Source: Chrysomallon squamiferum
Lineage: Eukaryota; Animalia; Mollusca
Direction of reading: 5' to 3'
Length of the DNA: 64,000 nt
Assembly (NCBI GenBank): GCA_012295275.1
Contig: CM022670.1
Location: forward strand, 41,230,001 to 41,294,000
The notes beneath the pieces were generated by a model. That model saw nothing but the letters and a program-made list of their open reading frames with translations. It was not told the DNA's origin and ran no database searches. A program made the translations under genes and the position numbers. Position 1 is the first letter of the stretch, and each line of letters starts with the position of its first letter. Positions 20,161 to 33,252 of the stretch are shown here, in pieces.

Positions 20161-23100
20161 TATGTTTGTATATATGTATACATACATATGCATATACATA
20201 CACACATCTACACAAATGAATGGTTTTCTCATTTACTCAAGATTAACTAGGTTTGTCCTGAGTTAAATATAATGTAGGGGAAGTTTATAAAAGATTATCT
20301 AGATAAAATAGAAGTTAAATTCTCAGAAAGGAGATATATACCAAACTGAGCTAAGATTGAGGAGTTAATAAGCAGACATGTGAATGTTCAGTGTACATAT
20401 GACAGTTTTAACTCAACATGACTCTGTAGACATGACAGGTAAACATGACTTTGTAAATTAGTGCATATCATATTTAGTTCAAGTGTTGATGTCATACCAG
20501 TCACATGACTATGAGGTCATACCAGTCATGTGACACGGACATCACCCTTGTTACTCAACTGTGACATCATCATTGTCACATTGTGATGTCATACCAATCA
20601 TGTCAAACTGACATCATCTCTGTCATTTTGTGATGTCATACCAGTCACATGACTGTTACATCTTTGTCATATTACTGTGATGTGATAACATGCTGGTGGT
20701 CACATGATTGTCATGTGATTGTATGACATGATATTTATAAATTTATGACATTGCTGTTGTCAAATGCTGAATGATGTCAATAACTTTCCAAAGTTAGTTT
20801 GTGCCAAATCAAATAGTCTGCACAAGGCTGAACTTATTTAAAATCAGTTAAGTGCTTTGTGTTTGTAATAAGTAAACAAACAAACAAACAAACAGGGAAA
20901 TATATAATGAATATGTTTGAAAATGTAAAAAATCTTTTTTTTTTTTTTTTTTTTTTTTTAGTTTTTATTGTAATTATGCAAATAAGGCCAGCAAGGGAAC
21001 AAATTTGTTACATTGTGTCACATTTGTTATTTCATTTTGCATCATTTATTATGTTTTCATAAACATTTGTAAATAAACATTTCATCATTTTTAACATTAA
21101 TCTTTTGACGTGAATGGCAGATAAAACTTGAATACATTCATAACTTTCAGTTTTATTGCTTGTTTTAATGAAGTTAGTATTTATGTATTCACAAAGCAAT
21201 TACTGTTCATTTTAATACAGACTTTCTAAATGTACAGAGCTAGAAAGATAAGTTGTGATTAAAAAAACCAAACTCTCCAGTTTAGTTGTGTGCTGCATTC
21301 TAAGTCGTTTTGTATGAAAGCACCTTAAGATTTAGTTGCTGCATGCAGAATGTTGTAAAAATGGTTCATAAAGTTAAAGAAAGCATTCTAAGATTTAATT
21401 ACTACATATTGTGTGAAGTTTGTAGAAGTTGTGCTGTATAAAAGCACCTTCACATTTAATATTTAGATGTTGCATGTTGTAAGAAAGGTTCGTGCAAGTC
21501 ATGCTGTATAAAAACATCTTAAAATTTAGCTGTAAAAAAAAAAATTGTTCTTATAAGTCATCCTGTATAAAAGAACCTTATAGATGCTTTGTGTTGTTAG
21601 AAAATTTCTACTAATTGTATTATATAATAATACTTTTAAAATTTTAGAAATTTGTAAAAAAAAAAAAAAAAAAAAAAGTTCCTAAAAATTGTGCCATATG
21701 AAAGCACTTTATGAATTTGTAATATAACTGTTTGGTAGGTTAATGAGATTATAAACAAGAATTGTCTTTCATTCTTAATGTAAGTTTTGTGTCATTTACT
21801 GTTTTGTGTTGCTAAGCAGTGTACTTCAAGAAATGATTCTTCATAATATCAAATCCACTGAATCAGGAAAACTCAGGATATTATTTGTTACTGTGGGATA
21901 CTCTACACAAATATAACTTTTTTTTTGTTGTTTTCAGCTTTTGCACATAATCAGTGAAATTTTAAAACATCATCAATAGAAATTAATTTTATTTTGTCAA
22001 AAAGAAGCTTTTGAATTAATAATACGAGTAATAATGTATCTGTTGAAAAATTATAATAAAAAAAAAAAAAGAGTAAATTAATAATGAAATACATTTATCA
22101 AAAATTTCCATTACAAACCTGATAAACTCATAATACTAAATTCTAATGAAATTATAATTCTGATAAATTATTTATTTTTGGCTGATTATAAAATATAATT
22201 TTCTGATTACTTAATGATGTACATGCATTCATAATAAAAATGTTGAAAATGAATTTTATCAGTTTTGACAATGTATTATGTAGAAGTTGATTTTAAAAGA
22301 ATAATTTCAAAATTTCTGATCAAATATATAATTTTTTTCACCTTTTTATGTTATTTTTCTTTTTTTTTTTTTAAATCTATCCCTAAAATCATTCAAAGAT
22401 AAAAATTAAGTAAATGTTCCTTCTCCATTTTTTAATTTAAATACACAAAATTTATTTATGTCTAAAAAAAACTTTTGTTTAATAAAAATATGTGACTAAA
22501 ATTGTTTTTTATGAGAATGGTTTTGGTAGTCTGAATCTACAATAATACTTTTGCTGTTTTGTTCCCTTTGAATGCTTGTTTTTAGGACTGATACTTAAAA
22601 GCTGGATTATTTATTTTGTTATTACGATGTGTAAGAAGGCTTGTACAAAGTGACATCGGCTGCGTGTTGCCTTACAGTGAAAACCACAGTGTGTACGTAC
22701 AAAACTGTTAATAAATGTTACATCATCTCATTTTTATTTATTAAACTCTACCTTTATCAGTGTCAAGACACAGTCTTTATAGATAGATAGATATAATAGT
22801 AAATACTTTCTGCATACTTGTTTTGTTTGTCTGAAGAGGTTTATGTGAAAAATACATTCAGGTTTGTTAGACTCAGAATTTAATACAGAGTGTACTGTAA
22901 GAAAAAGTTAATAATGAGACTAACGAATTATAACGTCTTGTTTTAAATAAATCCAACACAAACTGTTTTATCACCAGAAACCTGTACAGGTGAGATGTTT
23001 AAAAAACAACAGAAATGAATTTAAGATAAATAATTTAATAAAATTCAGACATTTTTTTTTTTTTTTTTTGCATTCAGTAAACTTCTCTTTGTACAATCAT

Positions 23101-25191
23101 CACTTAACTCACAGTATCACAACTAAACATCATCGTGAAATTAATTTGTAAATTGTAACATGCAAGAGCAGCTGACAAATATCTAAATCATTTTTAAAAT
23201 TTTCACAATGACACAAGACATTTGTGAAAATGATTACTAACATGCTGGCTGTCAACTGAAAATAAAAATTCTACTAACTTAACTCTGTCACAACCAGACA
23301 TACACACAGATATACTCAAACACACACACTGACCAACACACAAAATATTAATGAAAATATTGTCGAGTTAATATAAATGTATTTTGTTGTTCTGATTTCT
23401 CTGATATTTCTAACAAAAACATTAAAGAATAAAATATTTGATCATGTCTGAACATCCTGTTTGTTAAATATTTGGTAAAAAGGAAAAATAATTCTCAATA
23501 GTTCACAATACAGTATTATGCTTAAAGAAAATGTTAATTGTGAATATGTAAAAATTCACAAGATGATATATATATAAAAAAAATATATATATACATATAT
23601 ATTAAAAATTTCATAATTTTACTGAAATTGTAAAATAAAACAATAACTGAATTCATGTACAATGCTTTGAAGCAAAACAAAAAAGTAATATTAATACATA
23701 AATAAAAATGTAAAATTAATTTATAAGTTAATTAAGATCATGGATTATATAAATAAAAACTGATTAAAATGAAGATATTTGTATACAAGGAGTACCATAC
23801 TTTAGTTACTTTGAATAAAAGTTTTGCAAAAGATATCTACAATATGGGCTAACTCAGTAGCTTCAAGTATTTTACAATTATCTTGTAAAAAAAAAAAGTA
23901 CACACACACACACACACATATTTATAATAAAAGCTGTGGTTTTTTGGAAAACAAATAGAAAATATAATTTAAGTACTTCATGCATTCAAGTTTTCAGATT
24001 TAAAAAATAAATAATCATTTTCATGAATCATTGACTAAAATCTCAAACACATCCCAGAAAACACAGAGCTAGTTTCATTCAATACTGTATATATTCATCA
24101 ACATTAAACCATCAATATATCAATACTTATCAGTACATTAAAAGTGTTTTATCAATACATCAGCATTAACTCATCAATATATCAACATAAAATCATCAAT
24201 ATATCAGTACTTACTGATCAATACATAAACATGAAATCGTCAATTTATCAATATAATGAAATCATCAATATAATTAACACTTGTTTATCCACATATCAAC
24301 ATCAGATTTCCAGTATCAGTATGAATTTGTTAATATATCAACATCAATTCATCAATATAGAACATGAATTCATCATTACCATCAACAAAGTTTAACAATA
24401 AAACCACTTACATTTAACAAATTACTTCACTTGGCTACACACTGAAAATGTCGAATTAAAAATCAAACTAAATTTATAACATTGAAAAGCTTTCTGATGC
24501 TAACAATTTAAATGTATAAAATAAAATATGAAAAATAAAATTCAAATCATTCTTATTTCTAATTTATCACATTTTTTTTTTTTTTTTTAAATCTCTCTCT
24601 ACTTTTTAACCATGAAAACAATTAACAAGATAAAAAAAAAATAATATAAAAAAAAAATAAATATGACATAATTAATAGTTTTCTGCACATAAATGTTGAC
24701 ACTTGAATTAGGTTAATCTTAAAGCAGTGCTTATCTGGAGGTTTTTTTTTTTTTTTTTTAAATTTCACTGTTTTTAAAATTAATTTTAATACAATCTTAA
24801 TCTTCTTTTTTTATTTTTTTCCGATTTTAAGGTGACAGAAATAATCAATCATTACAACTTCTTTAAAATTTCTGTATTTCTTTTTCATCTTTGAATTCTG
24901 TTGGTGTTTTTTTTTTAGTATAATTTGTCAATATTCAAGTAACACATTAAAACAGCTACATGGAAGGATAAGGACCCAAAATTCAAAATTTCCTTTGCAA
25001 TCTCTTGACTTGAATAACAACAGCTTAATTCTGAATCATCATTAATTCAATTTTTAATTATTTTAAAAGTTTGTAAATAATTAAAAATAAAGACAATAAA
25101 TTTTTTTTTAAAAATGAAACCTTATTTTTAAAAATATTTTACTTTCTTCCAAAGATGAATTTAAAAACTTGTTAAATGTAATGACACTGAG

Positions 25192-25303
25192 TTAAAATTT
25201 TCTCTCTTTCAGTTGTAGTCGTATTGACGTTGGTGCCTCTGAAAATGCATTGCTGCTGTTGATGGTGTATTCTAAAGATTTACCTTGACTTTTATCTTGA
25301 AAC
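25192..25303 (-). CDS. AGBL4: Probable AGBL4 terminal coding exon (FQDKSQGK...LKERKF*)
   Basis: Strong acceptor (poly-T tract then cag|), phase 2 matches the upstream donor, 36 open codons to TAA; no homology support recalled. Confidence 0.6.
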
Positions 25304-25627
25304 CTGAAAAAAAAAGACATTAAAACTAAATAGATTACACTTCATACAAGGAGGATAAAAACAGAAATACGCAAAAATAAAATATTAAAATAAAATCCAA
25401 AAAGTAAAAAGAATATTAATAATAAAAATAATAAATTCAAAACAAAAAGGAAAAAAAAAAAAAAATAATAACAGTAATAATAATAATAAAATATTAAAAT
25501 AAAATACATAATAAAAATTTGAAATTTAAAAAAAAAAAAAAAAAAACAAACACAAAAACTTAAAATAAATGAATAATAAAAACTAAATGAAGCCAGATGC
25601 CGCAAACAAAACAAAAAATAATTTTAC

Positions 25628-25817
25628 TTTTGTCCAGGGTAACCATCGTACTGTCTGACAGCAGATTCTGACAGTGCTCGTTCGTTGTTCTGTCGGTCCC
25701 GCTGTCGGAATGAACTCACTTTGGGTACGATGCTGCTGCTGGGCTTCGCGCTGATTCCACCAATCAGCTTGTAGTAGTCGAGAAATGTCCGCACGACGTT
25801 ACGACCGAGTTTCATGT
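25628..25817 (-). CDS. AGBL4: AGBL4/CCP6 exon (MKLGRNVVRTFLDYYKL...GYPGQ)
   Basis: MKLGRNV.RTFLDYY matches recalled AGBL4. The 5' boundary is inferred (GG acceptor; alternative AG would start the exon at 25850). Ends at donor |gtaaaa in phase 2, or at TAA 25624-25626 if unspliced. Confidence 0.85.
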
Positions 25818-26186
25818 CCACGTTACAGTCAAAGAAAATATTACAGAAATCTTGTTTGTCTGTATGTATTTTTTTCTCTCTCTCTTTCTTGCTATCTTTC
25901 TTTCTTTATCTGTGTCTCTATCTCTCTCTCACTATGTGTTTTTCTCTTTGTGTATTTCTTGTCTGTACGTCTTTCTCTCTATGTTCCTCTCTCTCTCTCT
26001 CCCTCTGAGTATGTGTGTGTGCGTGTGTGTTTGTGTATGTGTGAGTGCGTGTGTGTGTGTGTGTGTGTATGTGTGTATGTGTGTGTGTATGTGTGAGTGT
26101 GCGTATGTGTGTTTGTGTATGTGTGAGTGTGTGTGTGTGTGTGTGTTTGTGTATGTGTGTATGTGTGAGTGTGTGTGTGTGTGTTT

Positions 26187-26229
<43 letters not shown>

Positions 26230-26262
26230 TGTGTCTGTGTCTGTGTGTGTGTGTCTGTGTGT

Positions 26263-26303
<41 letters not shown>

Positions 26304-26324
26304 ATAAATCTAATTCAAGGATAC
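25818..26324 (-). other. U12-type (minor spliceosome) intron, 507 nt
   Basis: 5' end GTATCCTT matches the U12 donor consensus RTATCCTT. Branch-like TTCTTTGAC at 25836-25828 has its A 12 nt from the inferred 3' end. Confidence 0.82.
26009..26301. repeat. Imperfect (TG)n microsatellite inside the U12 intron
   Basis: Direct reading. Confidence 0.97.
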
Positions 26325-26437
26325 ACGCATCCTCAGTGTAAGCCACTGACTGTCCTGTTGTTGTGGTCTGGTAACTGAAGAATGAAACTTCCAGAGTGTA
26401 GCAGTGAACCTTCTCATCCATACAGCCTCCCAGAGTC
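26325..26437 (-). CDS. AGBL4: Cytosolic carboxypeptidase 6 (AGBL4/CCP6) exon
   Basis: gttacag| acceptor. TLGGCMDEKVHCYTLEVSFFSYQ...AYTEDA matches my recollection of AGBL4 LGGLLD...CYTLEVSFYSY...PYTEEAY and includes the M14 CCP-type YTLE motif. Donor is |gtatcctt. Confidence 0.9.
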
Positions 26438-26812
26438 CTGTAACAACAACAACAACAATAATTACTTTCATTATTATTATTATTATAACAAGTATTGTTA
26501 TTATTTTCACAATAAAAACAATAATTTGTTTTTCATAAAGATATACAAAGCACATAAATGGAGTCTCTACTACAATCCAATTTTAATTCCATTTTACACC
26601 AATTGTTTAAAAATGAACATTGGAGTTATTTCCCTTTGACTGTGAAAACTACTTCCATTATTTTTTAACAGTTATGGATGTCGTATTCAAAAAATATCAC
26701 TGATAGTTTATACACTAATTACTTTCAATAAATAAAAACTGATTATATTTGTAATGCATATTTATAATAATAATAATGATGATGATGGTGATAACAGTAA
26801 TAAATGATGATG

Positions 26813-26863
<51 letters not shown>

Positions 26864-29800
26864 GTAAATATAATAATAATAATAAAAATTATAAAAATAA
26901 TAAAATAACAATAAGATGATGATAATAATGTTAATAATAAAAATAATACACTAACATTTCACAAAAATAAAAATAAAAAAAAGAATTATCAATAACAATA
27001 AAAAAATGTAATAAAATTTAAGTTTTAAGACAAGAACTAACAAGGGAAAACAACTAAAATTTTTATTTTTTTATTTTTCGTGGACGTCAAATAAAATCTG
27101 ACATGGCTACACATGTTTTCTTCCCTTTTTATGTTCATTACACAATTTTTTTCTTTTTTTTTTTTAATTACTAAATTGTCCCCAGAGGTTTTTATGTAGC
27201 TAAATGGTGCTTATGAAAAGAGCATTACAATGCGCAGTGTTTTTATAAATCTGCATTTTTCCTGTTTGTCTTGCAGAGAAAAGATAAAATTGATTCAATT
27301 AGACTACAACATGAGAAAGTTTTCAAGGCAGCTGCAAAGAACGGATTAGTGAAAAGTCCATTTTCATGTCGTCTCTTCAAAGCTTTTGAAAACCAGCTTC
27401 CTGTCTTAAACTAAATATCCGTTATGACAGTTATCAAATATTGATCAGTTCCCAGCACAAAAAAACATTTTGTTCAATTTAATAACAAAAAAATTAATAA
27501 TCAAAATCTGTAAAAGACCAGTCCATTTATAATCAGAAAATAGGATTACTGGTGCTCTGATGCTGTGGAGGAAATTAGCGAACCTACAGTAATCAATGGC
27601 AGTTAATGGCTGTCATGTATCCGGTGATGTTCACTTGTCCGTGTCAGCCGTTAGAGACTTTATGACTGGTTAATTTGCATGTTCATTAGAGACAGGAACA
27701 AATGTTGTTCTCAGCGACAATGTAAGCAATCAGAGTTCCTGCCAAATTGTGATGTACCCTGATACAACAATCACTAATCACAGTCACAAGCAGAGCTAAT
27801 CAGTTCACAAATTCATCACCACTGTGTTATTACAAATATCGTAAACAGTCTCTCCATGCGGCCAACATCTGTCAGACTTTGCTTTTCTGTTTAAACTTTC
27901 CGTTAAACAACAAAACACTGATGAAAGAAAAGCTTTTTATTACAGCAATAAACTGTTAACATTATTACTCATTCTTAAAAAGAAAAAACAAAAATGTTCC
28001 TTATTATTATTATTTTTTGTATTCCTTTTGCTGCAAAGTGTATTTAAAAATTCAATTCATTGACCCTGAACCGAGATGATTCTAAAATCAATACAACTTA
28101 AAAGAAGGATTATAAACACTCTTTCTCTTTCTCTTTTTAGTTTTCTTTTTTCTTTGCCCTGTGGGTCACAAAGTATTAAGGTCCATGAACTAGATTCACA
28201 ATCTGAAGAGAGAGCAATGTAAAATGTATAATTATCATGTTAAAGCTGACAAAAGATAAACTTTCAAAATTTTCTACATTTTAATGACATTTCAGTTACA
28301 AATATATTTCAATAAAAATTCAAAACTTGGTGAAAATGAGTTTGTTGTTAGTTAATAAAATAATCTTGTTGAGTAAACAGAGCTGACAAAAGCCTGGAGA
28401 TAGTGAATAAATTTCATTTAAATAATAAATATAGTCTATGTTAGTGAAAAGATGGGTACCATAGAAGACTTCAGTTCAACAGAATTTAAAAAAATGTGAT
28501 AATGATATATAACTGTGACAGAAACTAATAAGGGGACTTGAACTCACTATCTCACTGTCTTATTTAAACAATATATGTAAAAGATTATGTGAGAAGAAAC
28601 ACAAGAAAATGTGAAAATGCTTTACTAAACATGCTACTCTCTTAGTGGAAGTCAGTATCCATATAATTAAGTGTTTAAGCAATACATGGAAAAGATTAAT
28701 GAAGAAAAAAAAAAGATTTGTACATCACATGTTACTCTCTCAGTAACTAACCACATAATTAACAGTTCTTTCTTGTTTCAGTCCGTGTTCACTAAGCACT
28801 TCACAAAAAATAACTGATCCATGTTTTCCTGTCTGTGGGGGTGTAAAATGTATAAAACACATTTTGCTGCTAAATAAAAAAAATGTCAGAAAAAGCAAAA
28901 GAAGACACTGACTGGTAGGACAGGAAATAAATCACTGTGGTCTCACAACGTTATTAAGATCTTCAGTACTTGTATTATTTTTATTATTATTATTTGATTT
29001 TTTTAAACTTTTATTGCAGTGTTTAGCTGTTTTTCAGATATCAGAAAGTTATGGATGAAGCCATCAAGAGTTAAAAGTTATGGATGAGGCTGTCTGTTTG
29101 AACAATGACAGTCATCCGTTAAAGAAAATGTGAAAGAGATTTCACTGCAAATATTCATTACTTGCACAGAGTCAGGAGCCAATCCAGTTAACTGAGAAAA
29201 CAGGGAACACTGTCATTATGGTAGATTCACGTGCAAGATGAAAAAACAAAAACAGGTTTCAAAGAAAAATAAAATTTTATGATAAAAAAAAAATAGGAGA
29301 TCTGCATCAGAAGAGTCCCTACCACTGAGAAAGTTTGGACAGAACCTGAAAATCTAAATGATGTATTATAAAAGCAATTTTTTTTCATTATACACAATTT
29401 CCCAAAACTTGTGTGAAAGCAGATTCATCAAAACCAAATACTACCTCACACTGCATGGCTCAAGCTTTATTTGTGTTAATCAATGAATTTCAATTTTGTT
29501 CTAAATTCATTTTTGTTGCCTCTAATTTTTTTCTCTCACTATAACTGATAGAAATTTAAATAGAAATTTAAAATAAAAAAAAATAAAAAAGTTAAAAGGA
29601 AAAAGGAAAAAGGCAATAATAGAAACTACTTTGTAAAAACTAACCTGTAAAGTCTCTATTGTATGGACACACAGACAGGACAGTACATACCACAGTATTA
29701 TGTGTAAACATTTTCACTTTCAGATGGGAGACACCAGTACATGCGGTGCGACTGGTAATGACTTGTGTAGTTGTATTAAAGAGAAAACTGGTTACATTTA

Positions 29801-30911
29801 CTGAAGCAGACGTTTAAAATCTCTAATCCAGCAGAGAGGATCATTTCTCATTTCAAACTCCACTGACAATTAGCGACACTGAAACAGTCTGTGATTTCTA
29901 ACTCAGACACTGACTAAACTTTGTTTACACTAATCTTTAAACTGGTTTTCACATGCATAACAAAATAACAATGATTTATCCAATTTACTGCAGTCTGAAA
30001 GCAGGAACTGTTTTTTTTTTTAACTTGTATATGAGAAATGTCTCTTCCCTTCTGATCTGTTCTAGTACATATGTACTTACATGTATGTCATAATTACATA
30101 ACAGAAATAACTCTATAGCAGATGTAACATATTTTGTTTATATTAGACAGTTATTGTGCTATATTTGTAATATTACTGTATAATACGACATATGGCTGAC
30201 ATATGACAATATTTCCGAAATTAATCATGTATGTGATACACACTATTCGGATATCTGCCAAAAAAAAAAAAAAACGGATAAAAAAAAAATAAAACAAGAA
30301 AAAAACATCAATAAGTTGTTTACTGATAACATCAGTTTTCTTAAAGAAACAAAAAAAATAAAGAAATGTCCAGATTTGAGAAAGTCATCAGTGAGCGAGG
30401 CTGTTTTGATGGACGCTGGTTCTCTGTAAGCCAGACGTGATTGGATTTCTCAACACAAACAGCCTCAGTGATTACAAGTGATCACCTACAGGACATCTAA
30501 CCACCGTTTGTGTCAGTCCTCATTTCACGTCTGGCCTCTTTCTGTGCATGTGAAATGCTGAGGACGCTGGTGAAAGATTTGATTGTGAAGTCGTCTCTGC
30601 AGACCACATGAAGACATTCCGTCCGTCTGTCTGTCTGTGCAGCAATTACCTCCATGTGTGACGTGATTCCCCAATATGGATGCTTATCAATACATCAGCA
30701 AACATGAAGAGCAATTGACTGCGATGTTGTCTGCAGATTGCTGTCTGATAGCAACGACCACGCTGACTGCACAGCAATGTTTGCACAATGAGGTCTGCAG
30801 CGAGGTAGAGAGAGAAAAAAGTGTAAACTAATTACATCTACTGACCTCCGCAACAAGCCTGAATAGTAAATCTTAACTGTCTCCAGCTACCATCTACTGA
30901 CCTCCGCAACA

Positions 30912-33252
30912 AAACACATTACACCACACTGCTGTACAAACAAACACATTACACCTGAATAAACAAACACTTAACTGTCTCCAGCTACCACCTCTCCACA
31001 CTACTCTACAAACACATTACACCACACTGGTCTACAAACACATTACACCACACTGCTCTACAAACACATTACACCACACTGCTCTACAAACACATTACAC
31101 CACACTGCTCTACAAACACATTACACCACACTGCTCTACAAACACACACATTACACCACACTGCTCTACAAACACATTACACCACACTGCTTCTACACTG
31201 CTCTATTACACCACACTGCTGCTACAAACACATTACACCACACTGCTCTACAAACACATTACACCACACTGCTTACACCACACTGCTTCTAAAACACATT
31301 ACACCACACTGCTCTACAAACACATTACAAACACACTGCTCTACAAACACATGCTCTACAAACACATTACACCACACTGTTTTACACCACACTGCTCTAC
31401 AAACACATTACACCACACTGCTCTACAAACACATTACACCACACTGCTCTACAAACACAATTACACACTTACACCACACTGCTACAAACAAACACATTAC
31501 ACCACACTGCTCTACAAACACATTACACCACACTGCTCTACAAACACATTACACCACACTGCTCTACAAACACACACATTACACCACACTGCTCTACAAA
31601 CACATTACACCACACTGCTCTACAAACACAACACATTACACACTGCTCTACACACACCACACTGCTCTACAAACACATTACACCACACTGTACACCACAC
31701 TGCTACAAACACCACACTTGTTTCTACAAACACATTACACACACTGCTCTACAAACAAACACACACCACACTGCTCTACAAACACATTACACCACACTGC
31801 TCTACAAACACACATTACACCACACTGCTGCTCTACAAACACACACATTACACCACACTGCTCTACAAACACATTACACCACACTGCTCTACAAACACAT
31901 TACACCACACTGTTCTACAAACACATTACACCACACTGCTCTACAAACACACTGCTCTACAAACACATTACACCACAAACACACACATTACACCACACTG
32001 CTACAAACACATTACACCACACTGCTCTGCTCACAAACACACACCACACAACTTTACACCACACTGCTTTACAAACACAAACACACACTTTACACCACAA
32101 CTTTACAGTTTACACACAAACTTTTACACATTACACCACACAACTTTACAAACACATATTACACACTTTACACCACACACTTTACATCTCAACTTACACA
32201 TTACACACACACACACAACTTACACCACACAACTTTTTTACACACAACTTTTACACACATTTACCACACAACACACATTACACCACACAACTTTACACAC
32301 ACTTTACACACACACAACTTTACACACATTACACACACAACTTTTTACACATTACACCACACACAACTTTTACACACACACACCACACAACTTTACACAA
32401 CACACACACACAAACTTTTACACACATTACACCACACAACACACTTTACACCACACAACTTTTTACACACACACACCACACAACACCACACACAACTTTT
32501 ACACACATTACACCACACACACACAACTTTTTTACACCACAACTTTACATTTTTACACACATTACACACACAACTTTACACACATTACACACAACTTTAC
32601 ACATGACACAACTTTTACACACTTTACACCACACAACTTTACACATTACACACAACTTTACACACACAACACACCACACAACTTTTACACACTTTTACAC
32701 CACACAACTTTACACACTTTTACACCACACAACTTTACACACACACCACACAACTTTTACACACTTTTACACCACACAACTTTTACACTTTTACACAACT
32801 TTACACCACACAACTTTACACACTTTACACCACACAACTTTACACACTTTACACCACACAACTTTACACACACACCACACAACTTTACACACACACAAAC
32901 TTTTTACACACATTACACCACACAACTTTACACACATTTTACACCACACAACTTTACACACTCACACACAACTTTTTACACACATTACACCACACAACTT
33001 ACATCACACAACTTTACACACTTTACACCACACAACTTTACACCACACAACTTTACACACTTTACACCACACAATTTTACACACATTACACAACTTTACA
33101 CACTTTACACCACACAACTTTACACACATTACACAACTTTACACACATTACACCACACAACTTTACATCACACAACTTTACACACTTTACACCACACAAC
33201 TTTACACACATTACACAACTTTACACACATTACACCACACAACTTTACACAC
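30912..33252. repeat. 2.3-kb CA-rich minisatellite with two related unit types
   Basis: 26-bp acacattacaccacactgctctacaa on the left switches near 32040 to ~24-bp acactttacaccacacaactttac on the right. Confidence 0.96.

Noticed and set aside
25785-26378. Cys/Val-rich plus-strand ORFs and the His/Thr tail of ORF 25918-26421
   Set aside because: Translations of the (TG)n microsatellite; only 26325-26437 on the minus strand is coding.
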